Assembly: GCF_021869535.1 (NCBI RefSeq)
Contig: NW_026262675.1
Span: 2,728,001-2,792,000, forward strand
DNA from: Mytilus californianus
Lineage: Eukaryota
DNA length: 64,000 nucleotides
Direction of reading: 5' to 3'
In this document: positions 25,880-36,595 of the stretch, in pieces
Position numbering within the stretch: the first letter of the stretch is position 1
Layout of the letters: each line of letters opens with the position of its first letter
The notes under the pieces: model-generated
What the model was told of the DNA's origin: nothing
Seen by the model: only the letters and a program-made list of their open reading frames with translations
Database searches by the model: none
Program-made: the position numbers and the translations under genes

Positions 25880-26043
25880 TAGAGGCGGATTTAGAGGGTT
25901 TTTCAGGGGGCCCGGCTCCCCCCCCCCCTTTGTGGGAAAAATTTGGTTGATTATATTGGGAATCACTGAAGCATGACTGGAGCGGGCCCCCTCTTAAGCA
26001 GTCAGAGGGCCCCCTCTTATGAAAATTTCTGGTTCCGCCACTG
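25880..26043. mobile_element. GC-rich MITE nested in the foldback element
   Basis: Ends TAGAGGCGGATTTAG / CTGGTTCCGCCACTG; AAGAT on both flanks. Confidence 0.7.
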
Positions 26044-26050
26044 AAGATAT

Positions 26051-26087
26051 CTGGGACTATTATCCTATGTAAGTATAATAGTCCCAG
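26051..26087. mobile_element. 37-bp palindromic micro-insertion (second type)
   Basis: 13-bp arms CTGGGACTATTAT / ATAATAGTCCCAG; flanks AAGATAT / AAAATAT (6/7 match). Confidence 0.5.
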
Positions 26088-26378
26088 AAAATATCTCATA
26101 TAGTCTATAAGATATCTTATATATGCTTTATACTTTATAAGATATCTTCTAAAGTTTATAAGATATCTTCTAAAGTTTATAAGATATCTTATAAAGTATA
26201 TAAGATATCTTATAAATATTTTTTATATAAGATATCTTATATACTTTATACTTTATAAGATATCTTCTAAAGTTTATAAGATATCTTATAAAGTTTATAA
26301 GATATCTTATAAAGTATATAAGATATCTTATATACTTTATAAGATATCTCATATTTTATAACATATCTTAAGCTTATA

Positions 26379-26416
26379 CAGAGACATATATACACATATA
26401 TGTATATATGTCTCTG
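26379..26416. mobile_element. Micro-MITE copy 3 (38 bp)
   Basis: 16-bp arms CAGAGACATATATACA, 6-nt loop; GCTTATA at 26372-26378 and 26417-26423. Confidence 0.85.
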
Positions 26417-26465
26417 GCTTATACAGAAAATTATATGATATATCTTATAAATTATATCACGAAGA

Positions 26466-26593
26466 CAGGGGCGGATCAAAAGGTGGGTTCCCAACCCTGG
26501 ATAAAAAAGGGGGGTCCAACCATATGTCCCCATTCAAAAGCATTGATCGTAAAAAAAAAGGGGGGGTCCCCCCCCCCCCTTGTTCCACCACTG
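26466..26593. mobile_element. GC-rich MITE nested in the foldback element
   Basis: Ends CAGGGGCGGATC / GTTCCACCACTG; no clean TSD. Confidence 0.6.
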
Positions 26594-26930
26594 TATAAGA
26601 TATCTTATAGAATAAATAGCAAAAGTTACGGCTTGCCATATGAAATGATTTATAACAAACCTTTCTCAAATTATCCGTTTAAAAATCTATATATGTTGCT
26701 TCTTCTTTGTAATTTGCATATTTTGACTAAAAGGTGTATTTAAGCGTTTTCGTAAACAAATTTTGTATGAAGCGTGGACCCAAAAGGCAAAGAATAAATG
26801 AAAACATGTGTTCAGAATAACAACTCCGTTTCGGACTTTTATTTGAGTTCTTGTTGATTTCATGATTAAAAAAAAAATCTATTGTTGGTAGGTGGTTGTA
26901 ACGGTATTAAGACATTCCGCCGGGCTAAAG

Positions 26931-27108
26931 ATGGCGGTGGTCGTTTGGATTTTTCTGCTAAATTTTCTTCTGTTGTCTAAATGTGCATTTTTATCACCTT
27001 TATACATCGATACAGTTATAAATGCGGTGGATAAAATGATAGAGTACTATAAGAACAATTATCAAGACCTGAATGTGGATGGATTGTTTGGTTTGAGAGT
27101 TATAGAGG
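26931..27108 (+). CDS. C16orf89: UPF0764/C16orf89 (DUF4735)-like protein, exon 1 (signal peptide)
   Basis: ATG in AAGATGG context; MAVVVWIFLLNFLLLSKCA signal peptide; DLNVDGLFGLRVIEG matches the family motif (E/D)xNxDGxxGxRV; GTTAGT donor, phase 1. Confidence 0.85.
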
Positions 27109-27464
27109 GTTAGTCAGCAGCTGCTTCGACACGATCATACATAATTTTATCTGTATATTCATTCAGATAGGACAATTTGAAACTTGCATGAATAACAATA
27201 AAGTGTATATTTTATTATGCAACACAGGAAGCTAAATATAGTTAGAGAAGTAGTTCCTAAACATAATTTACAAAAAAAGGGCAATATTATCATGAGTATG
27301 CGGTACAATGACAATGTACCCCTATTTACCGAAAACACATTAAAAACCTGAACTGAGGTGTGGATCAAATGGTTTTCAAAAAGTTGGGCCCCTAGCAAGC
27401 CATTCGTTTGGAGTGATACTTGCAAAAAATCTATGCATTTATCATACATCATGTACATGGATAT

Positions 27465-28620
27465 GAAAGAGTGGCGAAAAATACCAAAACCAAAGGGACA
27501 TTCAAACTCATTATAAGTCGAAAATGAACTGACAGCGACATGGCTAATAAAGAACAGACAACATTAGTACACAAAACACTACATCAAAAACTAAAGACTG
27601 AGCAACATAAACCCCAACAAATATAAGGGGTGATCTCGAGTGCTCTGGAAGGGTAAGCAGATCCTGCTCCACATGTGGCACCCGTTGTGTTGCTCATTTA
27701 GTGCAAACCCGGTAATAAGTCTAATTTGGTAGGTCACATTCGGAAAAGGGGACGTGATTGTAGTTATGACATTTGGAACGTATCCGTGATTATCTGTTAA
27801 ACAGATATTCCATAACGGGCGACCAACTTGTGATGATGGCGTCCTTAAAATTTGCAAATGGATGATTTTAACGTCACCACTTGTCAGGCAGGGTTGGCAA
27901 AAAAGCGGTCAATACTAGTATTGACCATGCCAGCGGTAAATACCGGGAAATACTGGCAAATACTGGTCGATTGAAATTTTGAGTGGACATTACTATAAAA
28001 ACCACTCTCTACCTGGTCAATTACTTTTAGTAATGAAATAATGAAAGTGTTAAAGTCATTTTAAATGTTCTCATTTCTAATTTTATTGTAAATTTTTAAT
28101 AAACAGTGATTTACAATGATTTATTTAGTACATAAGATAAAAATGATATCTTGATTGAAAAATGTTGTAATAATTAATTTGTCAATTCTTTATATATATC
28201 TAAAATATGCAATATCATAACTTATAAGGACTAAATTAGTAGGTAAAAGTGTTAAAAATGAATAAAACATATCAAATTCATTCATTTATATCAGCTGAAA
28301 CATGCCAAATGATAAAAGTTTAAATATATCTTACTTTTTATCATTTTTTTACTTCAATAAATGGTAAAAACCACCATGGTCAATCGACCAGTATTTGCCA
28401 GTATTGACCACTTGAGGAGTATTATCTGGGGCGGTAAATACCGGTAAATACCAGGGGCGGTATTTACCGCCCAACCTTGCCACTTGTAACTCTTGATTTA
28501 ATAGCTTCCTTGTGAGCAGCAACGTTCTATCAAGGAAATAATGATAGGAAATGCAAGCCCTGGAATATCGTATCAACTGGGAGATATATACTCCATATGC
28601 AGGCAATGAAGCTCCATAAT
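27465..28620 (-). mobile_element. Penelope-like retroelement 3' fragment (RT C-terminus) interrupted by a MITE; in intron 1
   Basis: PAYGVYISQLIRYSRACISYHYFLDRTLLLTRKLLNQE on -; homologous uninterrupted copy at 59785-60580. Confidence 0.65.
27887..28481. mobile_element. 595-bp TIR MITE nested in the PLE fragment
   Basis: TIR GGCAGGGTTGG / CCAACCTTGCC; TSD ACTTGTCA (27879-27886) / ACTTGTAA (28482-28489); inverted subterminal GGTAAATACC and AATACTGG motifs; host sequence resumes colinearly with the 60280-60310 copy. Confidence 0.85.
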
Positions 28621-29051
28621 CCGCTTCTGGATATTACCGGAACACTCTAATTTACATAGCATATAACTGCTTTTATTGATAATAAGGACTATAATTTTGA
28701 GATATATGTCACTTTCACTCTGCCATTGAAAAGTACAGTTAACTTCAGGAATTCAATTTACATGTACATGTACATGTTCATGTATGTGTCATTAATGCAA
28801 GGAAAGATATGAATTAAAATAGGTACAATGTACATGTACTGGCTATGATTAGGTTGAAAATTTAACATTAAAGAAAAATTGTTATGTTTAAGACTAACTG
28901 CTGGAATGAAATGATGGTCATGCTTGTTGGGAACTGACAGTTACATTGTTTAATATATTGGTTAATTATGTACTTTTTGCATGAATTCCAAAGGGACAAC
29001 AATCCAAAGAATAAATTATTGTTTATTTTTTATTATTGTTTATTTTGACCT

Positions 29052-30482
29052 CAGTGGCAGATCCAGCAGGGGGCATAGAGGGCGTACGCCCCCCCTTTGC
29101 TTGAACTTTTTTTTTTTTTTTTTTGTAAAATGATGAATCAGACTAGACTTCGTGAACTTTGCCATTTCCTGGTCGTGTATTTAATTTTTATGCTACAATT
29201 CTTTACTTATAAAGATATTTTTCGCTCGTATTTACTGTAATATATTATTGATTATGTCAGTCATGTGTTTCGCAACGGTGGAGTTGATCAGTACGTTTGA
29301 AACGTCACTTAGTCATTTTGAAATTCAAATTACAGTAACACATTGCTTAGGCGGAGGATGACAAGCATGACGCCTTCAAGGTGACAAAGGATTGAGCAAG
29401 AACGTATTAACTTCTATTTCATATTTTCACTCAACAGAAAGTAATACTCTATTACACTCTCATGAAAAAAAAAAGTTCCACGGCAATATTATTTACCTAC
29501 GAAAATATGTTTAACCCCACACGCCCCAGCCAATAAATTACATTGCTGAATAATGATCCCCAGTCAGTAAGCTCTAGATAAAGTCTAGAGTACGGACCAT
29601 TTGATTTGATAGGGCAGTCTGAGATATTTTAGAGAAAAAATTCTGACCCTGATTTTTGCCTTAAACAAAAATTCTAGACGTATCTGTAATGAAAACAATT
29701 ATCGTGTCCCCTTTTTTGCTATAAGAAAAAAAAAACCAACAGAGTTATTCAGTATTAAATGAACATGGTGAATAAAAAACGGGCGTAATTTTTTTTGGGG
29801 GGTGGGGGTGGTTTGCATGTAAATCCCATATCTGACCAGAATGTCTGTTTCGCCAACTGATATACTGAATACTTTTTTCAAGGCCCAACTGCAACCTACC
29901 TGCTGGGTGTGGCCTTTATGTCTCCATTTGTCGGCCGTCATTCACAACTTCGTTGTCATTTGATTTTTAGACTCATTCGTAGCCGTTGGTTGATTTGGAA
30001 CCCCTCACTCCCCTTGTTGAGTGAAACATTTCAACCAAACATTTGGATAAAAATTGCTTGTTTGTCTTTGTTCGTGTCGGTCGTATAATAAACTTCATTA
30101 AATAGCCGTATATCATGTTTACAACAAGTAATCTGTGAGGTTATGCTAACTAACCATACAACAAACGCGAATTTTCCATGTCCATCTTTACTGACAAATC
30201 CCACATCAAATATATTAGTACATAGCTTTAGATCCATTCAATCATTTTATAATAGACAACTAATGGGGAGAATGCGGCATCAGAAATGTCCAACCCAAGC
30301 TTACACTTTAACTATAATATATACATACCCCACGTTAGGAACCGTCACTAAAAATGTACATTTTACACTTATTTTATGTTTTGTAGCCCAAAAAGGTCCA
30401 AAAAAATTTTCCCCTCGCTCCACTTGGCGAATTAAACATACTACGCCCCCCCCCCTTTTCCAAAATCCTGGATCCGCCCCTG
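29052..30482. mobile_element. 1.43-kb putative non-autonomous TIR element
   Basis: Ends CAGTGGCAGATCCAG / CTGGATCCGCCCCTG; GACCT on both flanks; no recognisable transposase inside. Confidence 0.55.
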
Positions 30483-31236
30483 GACCTAATGAGAGACTTA
30501 CATGTATTAAGATCATGTAATTGTTAAAAAGCTAAGGTTGCTATTCTCTCTGGCAATGTTGATCATACACTTGTCTTTATAGTTTCATTTTTATATTAAT
30601 GGCTATCTATGAAATTAGTAGCAGATCTTTAATTGTCTCTGTTCAAATTTTCACAATTTTAAAATTTTCTGAGCAATTCAAGCTTGATTTAATTTATCTG
30701 AGGCATTGTCTGGGTTCATTTTTGCTTTTGTTGTCAATGTTTATTTTATATATAAAATGTCTAGATAAAAGTCAACGATCATTCTTACAAGGGCATTGGA
30801 TTGTTATGAAAAATGATACTGTACACAATAAATAAATTTAATGTACATGTACATCAAAAAGGTGTATTACATCACAAAATTGAAAATAGAAGTAAATTCG
30901 GATTAACAAATATTCTTCATCAGTATGAACAGCCTGATGTAAACTGGTGTCTTAATCTATGCTGATTTAAGAAATCTTGAACACACTTGTAATGCAAATT
31001 AAAAGCCAAACATCTTTTGAAGAAAATTAAAACTTCTAGCCATTTTAAAATCTTGATATTCATGCTAATTAAGTAAAGGTAGGATTGCATATTTATGCTT
31101 CCCAAATGAAACAACACATCCAGCTGTGGTTAGCACTGCACAATATACATTTTATACATGTTTTATACATGTATAATAAAAAAAGTTTTAAATGATACAA
31201 TTGTCTGCAAATATGTAATGCATTTTTATGTTTCAG

Positions 31237-31500
31237 GTCATTTAGCAGCAATAATTGTGAAAGTTGAAAATGGTACAATAAGACAAGTAAAACCTAATAT
31301 GATAGAGAAATTAAAATCTATGAAGACTGTGTCAACAAAAACCTGTGAAGATGCTCTAGATTTTGTTAGAAAGGATGATGAAGAATATTTTCAATCTATG
31401 CAGTTTCTTCTGGGTAATCCTTGGTCTTTGCATAAGGACTACAAACATTTACAATTCCAGTTACTGTGGGACCAACAAGTCTATAAAAAAAGTTCTGTAT
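31237..31500 (+). CDS. C16orf89: C16orf89-like exon 2
   Basis: TTTCAG acceptor, GTAAGT donor, 264 nt phase 1-1, GHLAAIIVKVENG...VYKKSSV. Confidence 0.85.
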
Positions 31501-31781
31501 GTAAGTATTTGTTCAAAGCTATGCATTTATTAAACTTCATGACACTATTGCACTGTTTTGAAAAATACAAAGTAATTCGTTACATAGCAACACTTACAGT
31601 ACTAACATGCATGCATGTAAATCTTTTTATACATATATATGAAAAGGTATATAATATACAAGATGGAACATATAATATTAAAAAAAAATCAGTTGATTTT
31701 AGCATAATTTTGCTATTAACATTATTTTCTTCCTTTACTATTACGATGTACATGTATAATGAATTTAAAAATTCCTAACCA

Positions 31782-32225
31782 TTTTTATGCCCCTGCCGTG
31801 GCGGAGGGGACATTAATTGTTACCCTTGTCCAACTGTACGTCTGTCTTATGTACGTTCCAAAATTAGTTTCCGTCCTCTAACTTTAGTTTGTCTCCACCT
31901 TATGTTATGAAACTTATACACAATGCTTATTACCACAACACACAGATCAAGTTCAAGTTTCGGGGGCATCACTTTTACTGTTCTAGAGTTATACCCCTTT
32001 ATAAATGGAAAATTGCTGAATTTTTCGTTTCTGTTCTGTAACTTTAGTTTGCCTCAAACCAAATGTTATGAAACTTATACACAATGCTTATTACCATAAA
32101 CACAGATCAAGTTCAAATTTGGGTGGGGTCACTTTTACAGTTCTCTAGTTATGTCCCTTTATAACGTTATATGCAAGCAGGGGTATCATCTGTGTCCCAT
32201 ATGCACGGACCCATTCTCCATTTTT
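31782..32225 (+). mobile_element. HINE family B, near-complete, two ~160-bp units, in intron 2
   Basis: TTTTTATGCCCC...GGGGTAT subterminal inverted motifs, microsatellite, repeat of AACTTTAGTTTG at ~31880 and ~32040. Confidence 0.75.
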
Positions 32226-32281
32226 CTTTTGAAATTGGATTTTTTTTTTTTTTTTTATTTTACTTGTATTATTACTTTCAG

Positions 32282-32451
32282 CTTCTTTAAATGAGAAAGA
32301 GTCAGATAAATGTATGATGGAGATAATGGGGTACCAGCCATCAAAGAAGAAGTGTGGTGTCAGTTACTTCTGTATAGAACTGATGACAAGGAAAGGGTTG
32401 ACAGGATATGGTATAACTCATCAAATGTTATGGACCATGCTATCTGAACAG
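32282..32451 (+). CDS. C16orf89: C16orf89-like exon 3
   Basis: TTTCAG / GTATTA, 170 nt; SLNEKESDKCMMEIMG..CGVSYFCIELMTRKGLTGYGITHQML matches the family motifs SDxC, C..C.LM and GY..HQ. Confidence 0.9.
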
Positions 32452-33334
32452 GTATTATATAAAATCCACAAACTTAAGGATGTACTTAGGTGAAATTAAA
32501 AAAATCTAGAACTTAAAATTGAAACTATAAGTCAGAAGAACATTAGTTAAGGAACAAAATAAGCTAAAATATTGATAGGTTATGGAACTCCTTTTTGAGA
32601 TATTTGATTTTTAAAAAATGGCAGGAAAAGCCTGACTCAGGCTTTTACCTTGTATTTAGCATTGGCATTAATAGGGTCTCAAATTGTAAGAAAAAAATTT
32701 AGAATCTGCTTAAATTTTGGTAATGACCTTTTTATGAGCTATTGAAGTCTTCTATGAAAAGAAAAGTGGGTGATATGGGGCAAAATATTTTACCCTGTAT
32801 CATAGGAAAAAACCCAAGAATTCTGAACATCTAACAAAAATTCATAAACCTCACCTGAATACATCCTTAAAAGCATTGATTTCTATGCCCTTTATAAATG
32901 TTTCTGGAGCACATACAATTTTTATTGTAGATTGAACTGTAAAAGAGAACAGCAACCAACCATAAAACTAAAAAAAAAAGCACCAAGAGGTCAAAATAAA
33001 ACTGTCATCTATAAAGATAGATGTTTATACCTTTTATTAAAACTTAAATGTACCAAAACTAGGCAAGTGCAAATTAATTAATGTTTAATAGTGTCAGTAT
33101 AGTTCTTCAATTGTTCAGCATTATTTTGATTACATTTTCTTTAGTTTTTTAAATTTGGGGAGTTGATGTCTTACAGGCAAATCTGAAATGCAGTTTAAAG
33201 AAATATAAAAAGTTCGCATAAAAAACTATCAAAACATTTTTGTGCAATATTACATTAGAAAGAGCACAAACACCTATTTTGACCATGTTTTCCTTCCAAC
33301 AAAACTATGGGGAAACTATTGATTTTTTTTACAG

Positions 33335-33506
33335 GCTGGATGTTATGAGGAACTATCTCATTTACTTGTAACAAATGGTCGAGGACAGACACATAATATA
33401 CAGTTAGAGTTCTGTACTAACAATTACCTAGAGATGATGCATATTGTTCATGGGACTCTGAAAGGTCAAATCATTCCAAGGTTTCAGGATTTATTTATGG
33501 AACAGC
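33335..33506 (+). CDS. C16orf89: C16orf89-like exon 4
   Basis: TTTTACAG / GTAAGT, 172 nt; AGC...EFCTNN...QDLFMEQ matches the family DxFME motif. Confidence 0.9.
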
Positions 33507-34261
33507 GTAAGTTGGTAATCAAAAATGATTTTCCTGATAATTTGAATTTTCATTCCTCTAATAATATTAAGTAGTAAAATGATGAATTATCTATATGACA
33601 AGATTTTACAAAGTTTATGATGGTTTCTAATGCTATGAAAGAATTATCACTAGTTCATATATTTTGAAATGAAATTGTTGTTTTGGTCTGAATTCTCTTT
33701 ATAAAGATAGATCTATAAATTATTATTGTTCAGTCTTTCGGTAAATATTCAAATACACCTACTGCATATCTTCAGTGCTGTACAGACATTTCTCTTATGA
33801 TCAGTTAAGATCTGTTCTGTCTATATCAAGGGTTTTCAAAAGCTGTTATTTATCTATGCATGAACAGTGATGGAAAACTGTTGAATTTACTGGCAGGACA
33901 ATATCTGAAAATATCGTAAAATCTTAACAAGACAACATTTTGAAAGCATGTGTTCAGGTAAAAATAGTTGTTTTAGACTAAATTTAAGTTACTAGATAAT
34001 GAATAGAAATTATCTTATACAATATAACAATAAATTGTTATGATGTCTTTTTATTTAACATAAACCTTGACCTTATGATTTCACTAGTTAACAGCTTCTG
34101 ATGTTAATTAGTAGGCCAGTTTTTTTTTATTACTTAAATTTGTAATATTAAGATGTGAATTCTAGTTATTATTTTTTTGACCATTTTAAATTTAAAAAAT
34201 GACATTCTCTTTGTTCCTCTTAGTCTTCAATTATCATTTGCTTGGTCTATGTATCTTTCAG

Positions 34262-34738
34262 AATTTGTTTGTCCAAGCCTTGGATTTTACCAGTTTTTAT
34301 CAGATGACTTTTTGGATCAGATTTTATCGTGGCAAAAAGATGTGGGTTGTTATGGTATCATGAAGAAAGTTGAACAAAAACCAGCAGGTTTAAAAAAATA
34401 TTTAGGTTCAACGAGTTATGATTATGAAGATGGCCCTGTTCATAAACTGTTAAAATTTCAAGGAAAACTTACTCAGAATATAACAAAATTTGGTAAAAAT
34501 ACTGTTAATGTGCAACCACCTGTGTTGAATTTAGCAGGAGATTTAAATACTAATAAAAATCTTGGGAATGTTCAAATGACAAACAATGTGGTCATACAGA
34601 ATGGACCAGATTTAGTGGCTAAAGGTAGTGAAAATGTTGTAAAGTCATTTTCACAACAAAACTTAGAGAAATCTGGTATTGAACAGAAATCAGTATTACC
34701 TGGACAGAGGAGGCTTCTAGCGGAAAAGGAAATGGAGA
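34262..34738 (+). CDS. C16orf89: C16orf89-like exon 5
   Basis: CTTTCAG / GTATGT, 477 nt; FVCPSLGF..LDQILSWQKDVGCYG (family ILSWQ..GC(F/Y)G), long N/K/Q-rich linker, RRLLAEKEME. Confidence 0.9.
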
Positions 34739-35400
34739 GTATGTATTTTTAAGAACTGATTAATGAATTGTTAATTGTTCCTTTTTTATAAGTTAAAGAG
34801 CTTTTTTACACAATTTTTATACACCTTAGTATATCCTCCTGCAAGTTCTTCTCTAGGGCATTTTACTGACTTCTGATTAAGTGCCTTAGACAATATTCTA
34901 TCTCATTCCTGGAACAATTTTATTTTAAAATCATTGCAATGGGTTTATCTTGCACTCGTGGCACAACTGTTTATGATACTAAATTCAAAGTGCTGTAAAT
35001 GTTCCTATAATTATACAAGTCTATGGTTAATTTGTATATTGCATTTAAAATCTGCTAGAGATGAGTAATTGCTATCTGATACATATTTATTATCTGAAAA
35101 CAGTGAGAAACAAGAACTTTTCTTCAATACAAGGAATCTATATGTATGTTTTGTTGAACTTCACAGCAGAGAACTTTAAAAAAAATCAGTATAAAGAGAA
35201 ACAATTTATCATACACTTTACTTAGTCGCCCTGAGAATGTAGAGTTTCAATAAACATAAATCATCTGTTTAACGCTTTTTTCCTTGGCAACCTCAACGAT
35301 GGATTATGATGTCATAGCATTCTCTTTCTACAGGACTGTTGCATATGTCCAACATGCTTCATACAGTAATACATATATAAGTAAAACATTTCTATTGTAG

Positions 35401-36170
35401 ATGGATGTTTGGCTCATAAAACTGCAGTAGCAGCAGGTGCTTTAATGATCTATCTACGTTACTTACTATTACCTGGACCTAAAACATTGGCAGAAAATAC
35501 CAAAGAAATGCTGCAACAAAGACATTTACTTAATATCAACGATAGTGGTGTTGATAAGTTTGATTATAAAGGAGCACAAGATGGCAATTTAGTAAAAGGA
35601 CTAGCTATGAACAACAATGTGTTAGCTGCTCAAATAAATGATAATAATAAAGATGATGATTATTATGCTGATGAGAATGATGAAAATGAAGATGAAGATG
35701 AAGAAGATGATGAAAAGGGAGGCAATAAAAATGTACAGTTTGATGATCATCAAAATGAGGAAAATGGATATGAAGGTGATTACGATGAAAATAAAAAAGA
35801 AAAAAATCTTAAGGTGAAAAACCTTGCAGACAAGGTGGAAAAAAAAGTGGTGCCAAAACCAGACGATACAGACTATACTTACTATGAAGATAAAAATAAA
35901 CATGATGATTATACAAATGATGAGTATGATGAAAAAGATGTCAATGTTGAAAAGGACAACAAAGATAGTGCAAGTGATAAAATAAAAGTCAAATTGATCA
36001 ATGAATCAAAAGCTGAAGGAGAGTATCCTCTAAGCAGTACACATTCGCCAAGTGGTGTATATCTTATTATTTCATGTACTATTTTTGTTTTGATGATATT
36101 AATGTATAGATTTTTAAAGAAGAGAAGAGTGCATATAAGATACAATTATAAATCCTTTAACAGAGTGTAA
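35401..36170 (+). CDS. C16orf89: C16orf89-like exon 6 (conserved helix, acidic stalk, TM, short tail)
   Basis: ATTGTAG acceptor; GCLAHKTAVAAGAL (family GCxxHxT); D/E-rich stalk; TM GVYLIISCTIFVLMILMY; TAA at 36168-36170. The six exons sum to 2031 nt = 676 aa + stop. Confidence 0.9.
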
Positions 36171-36595
36171 AAACTATTTACAGTTGCTTTTGTTTATGGC
36201 TTTAGTATTTCTTTTAATCATGTGACTGAAGACTATTATATTTATTTGAGATTTTATATATATATATATTATAAGTATCCATTGTTATGAAATCCCTTTT
36301 TCCAGTGCTGTTGTTGTTTTAAGCTTACTTTTTATTGATGTATGTTCAGCTGTGTAAATAATTAGAACTAGCAGCTTGTAGTATGATAGTTTGTAATTTA
36401 TATATCTGCATAAATTCAGGGGTCACCAACAGAGGCGAAGAAAGCAACTTTGTCACCCTAGGATTCCTGACTTCACTATAAAGAAGCTCCAGGGAGAAGT
36501 TTTATGTCCCCTTGTTTTTCAGTAAAATTCCCCAATATCGCACGGTGATTTTTGAAAAATTCTGATCCAAATGCAACATATCTTTAGGAATATGG

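Larger units (their letters stand above)
25769..26640. mobile_element. Foldback-type MITE with palindromic TAAGATATCTTA array, carrying nested insertions
   Basis: TIR TATGGCAAGCCG..TTTTACTATTTATTC vs GAATAAATAGCAAAA..CGGCTTGCCATA; interior is ~21-bp units built on (CTT)TATAAGATATCTTATA(AAG). Confidence 0.8.

Noticed and set aside
26170-26533. ORFs with YKIS/RYLI repeats
   Set aside because: Translations of the TAAGATATCTTA array.
31158-31778. 206-aa ORF as a single-exon gene
   Set aside because: Only 31237-31500 is exon 2; the flanks are intronic read-through bounded by canonical splice sites.
35622-36145. Hydrophobic minus-strand ORFs (93 and 78 aa)
   Set aside because: Antisense shadows of the GAT/GAA-rich acidic exon 6.
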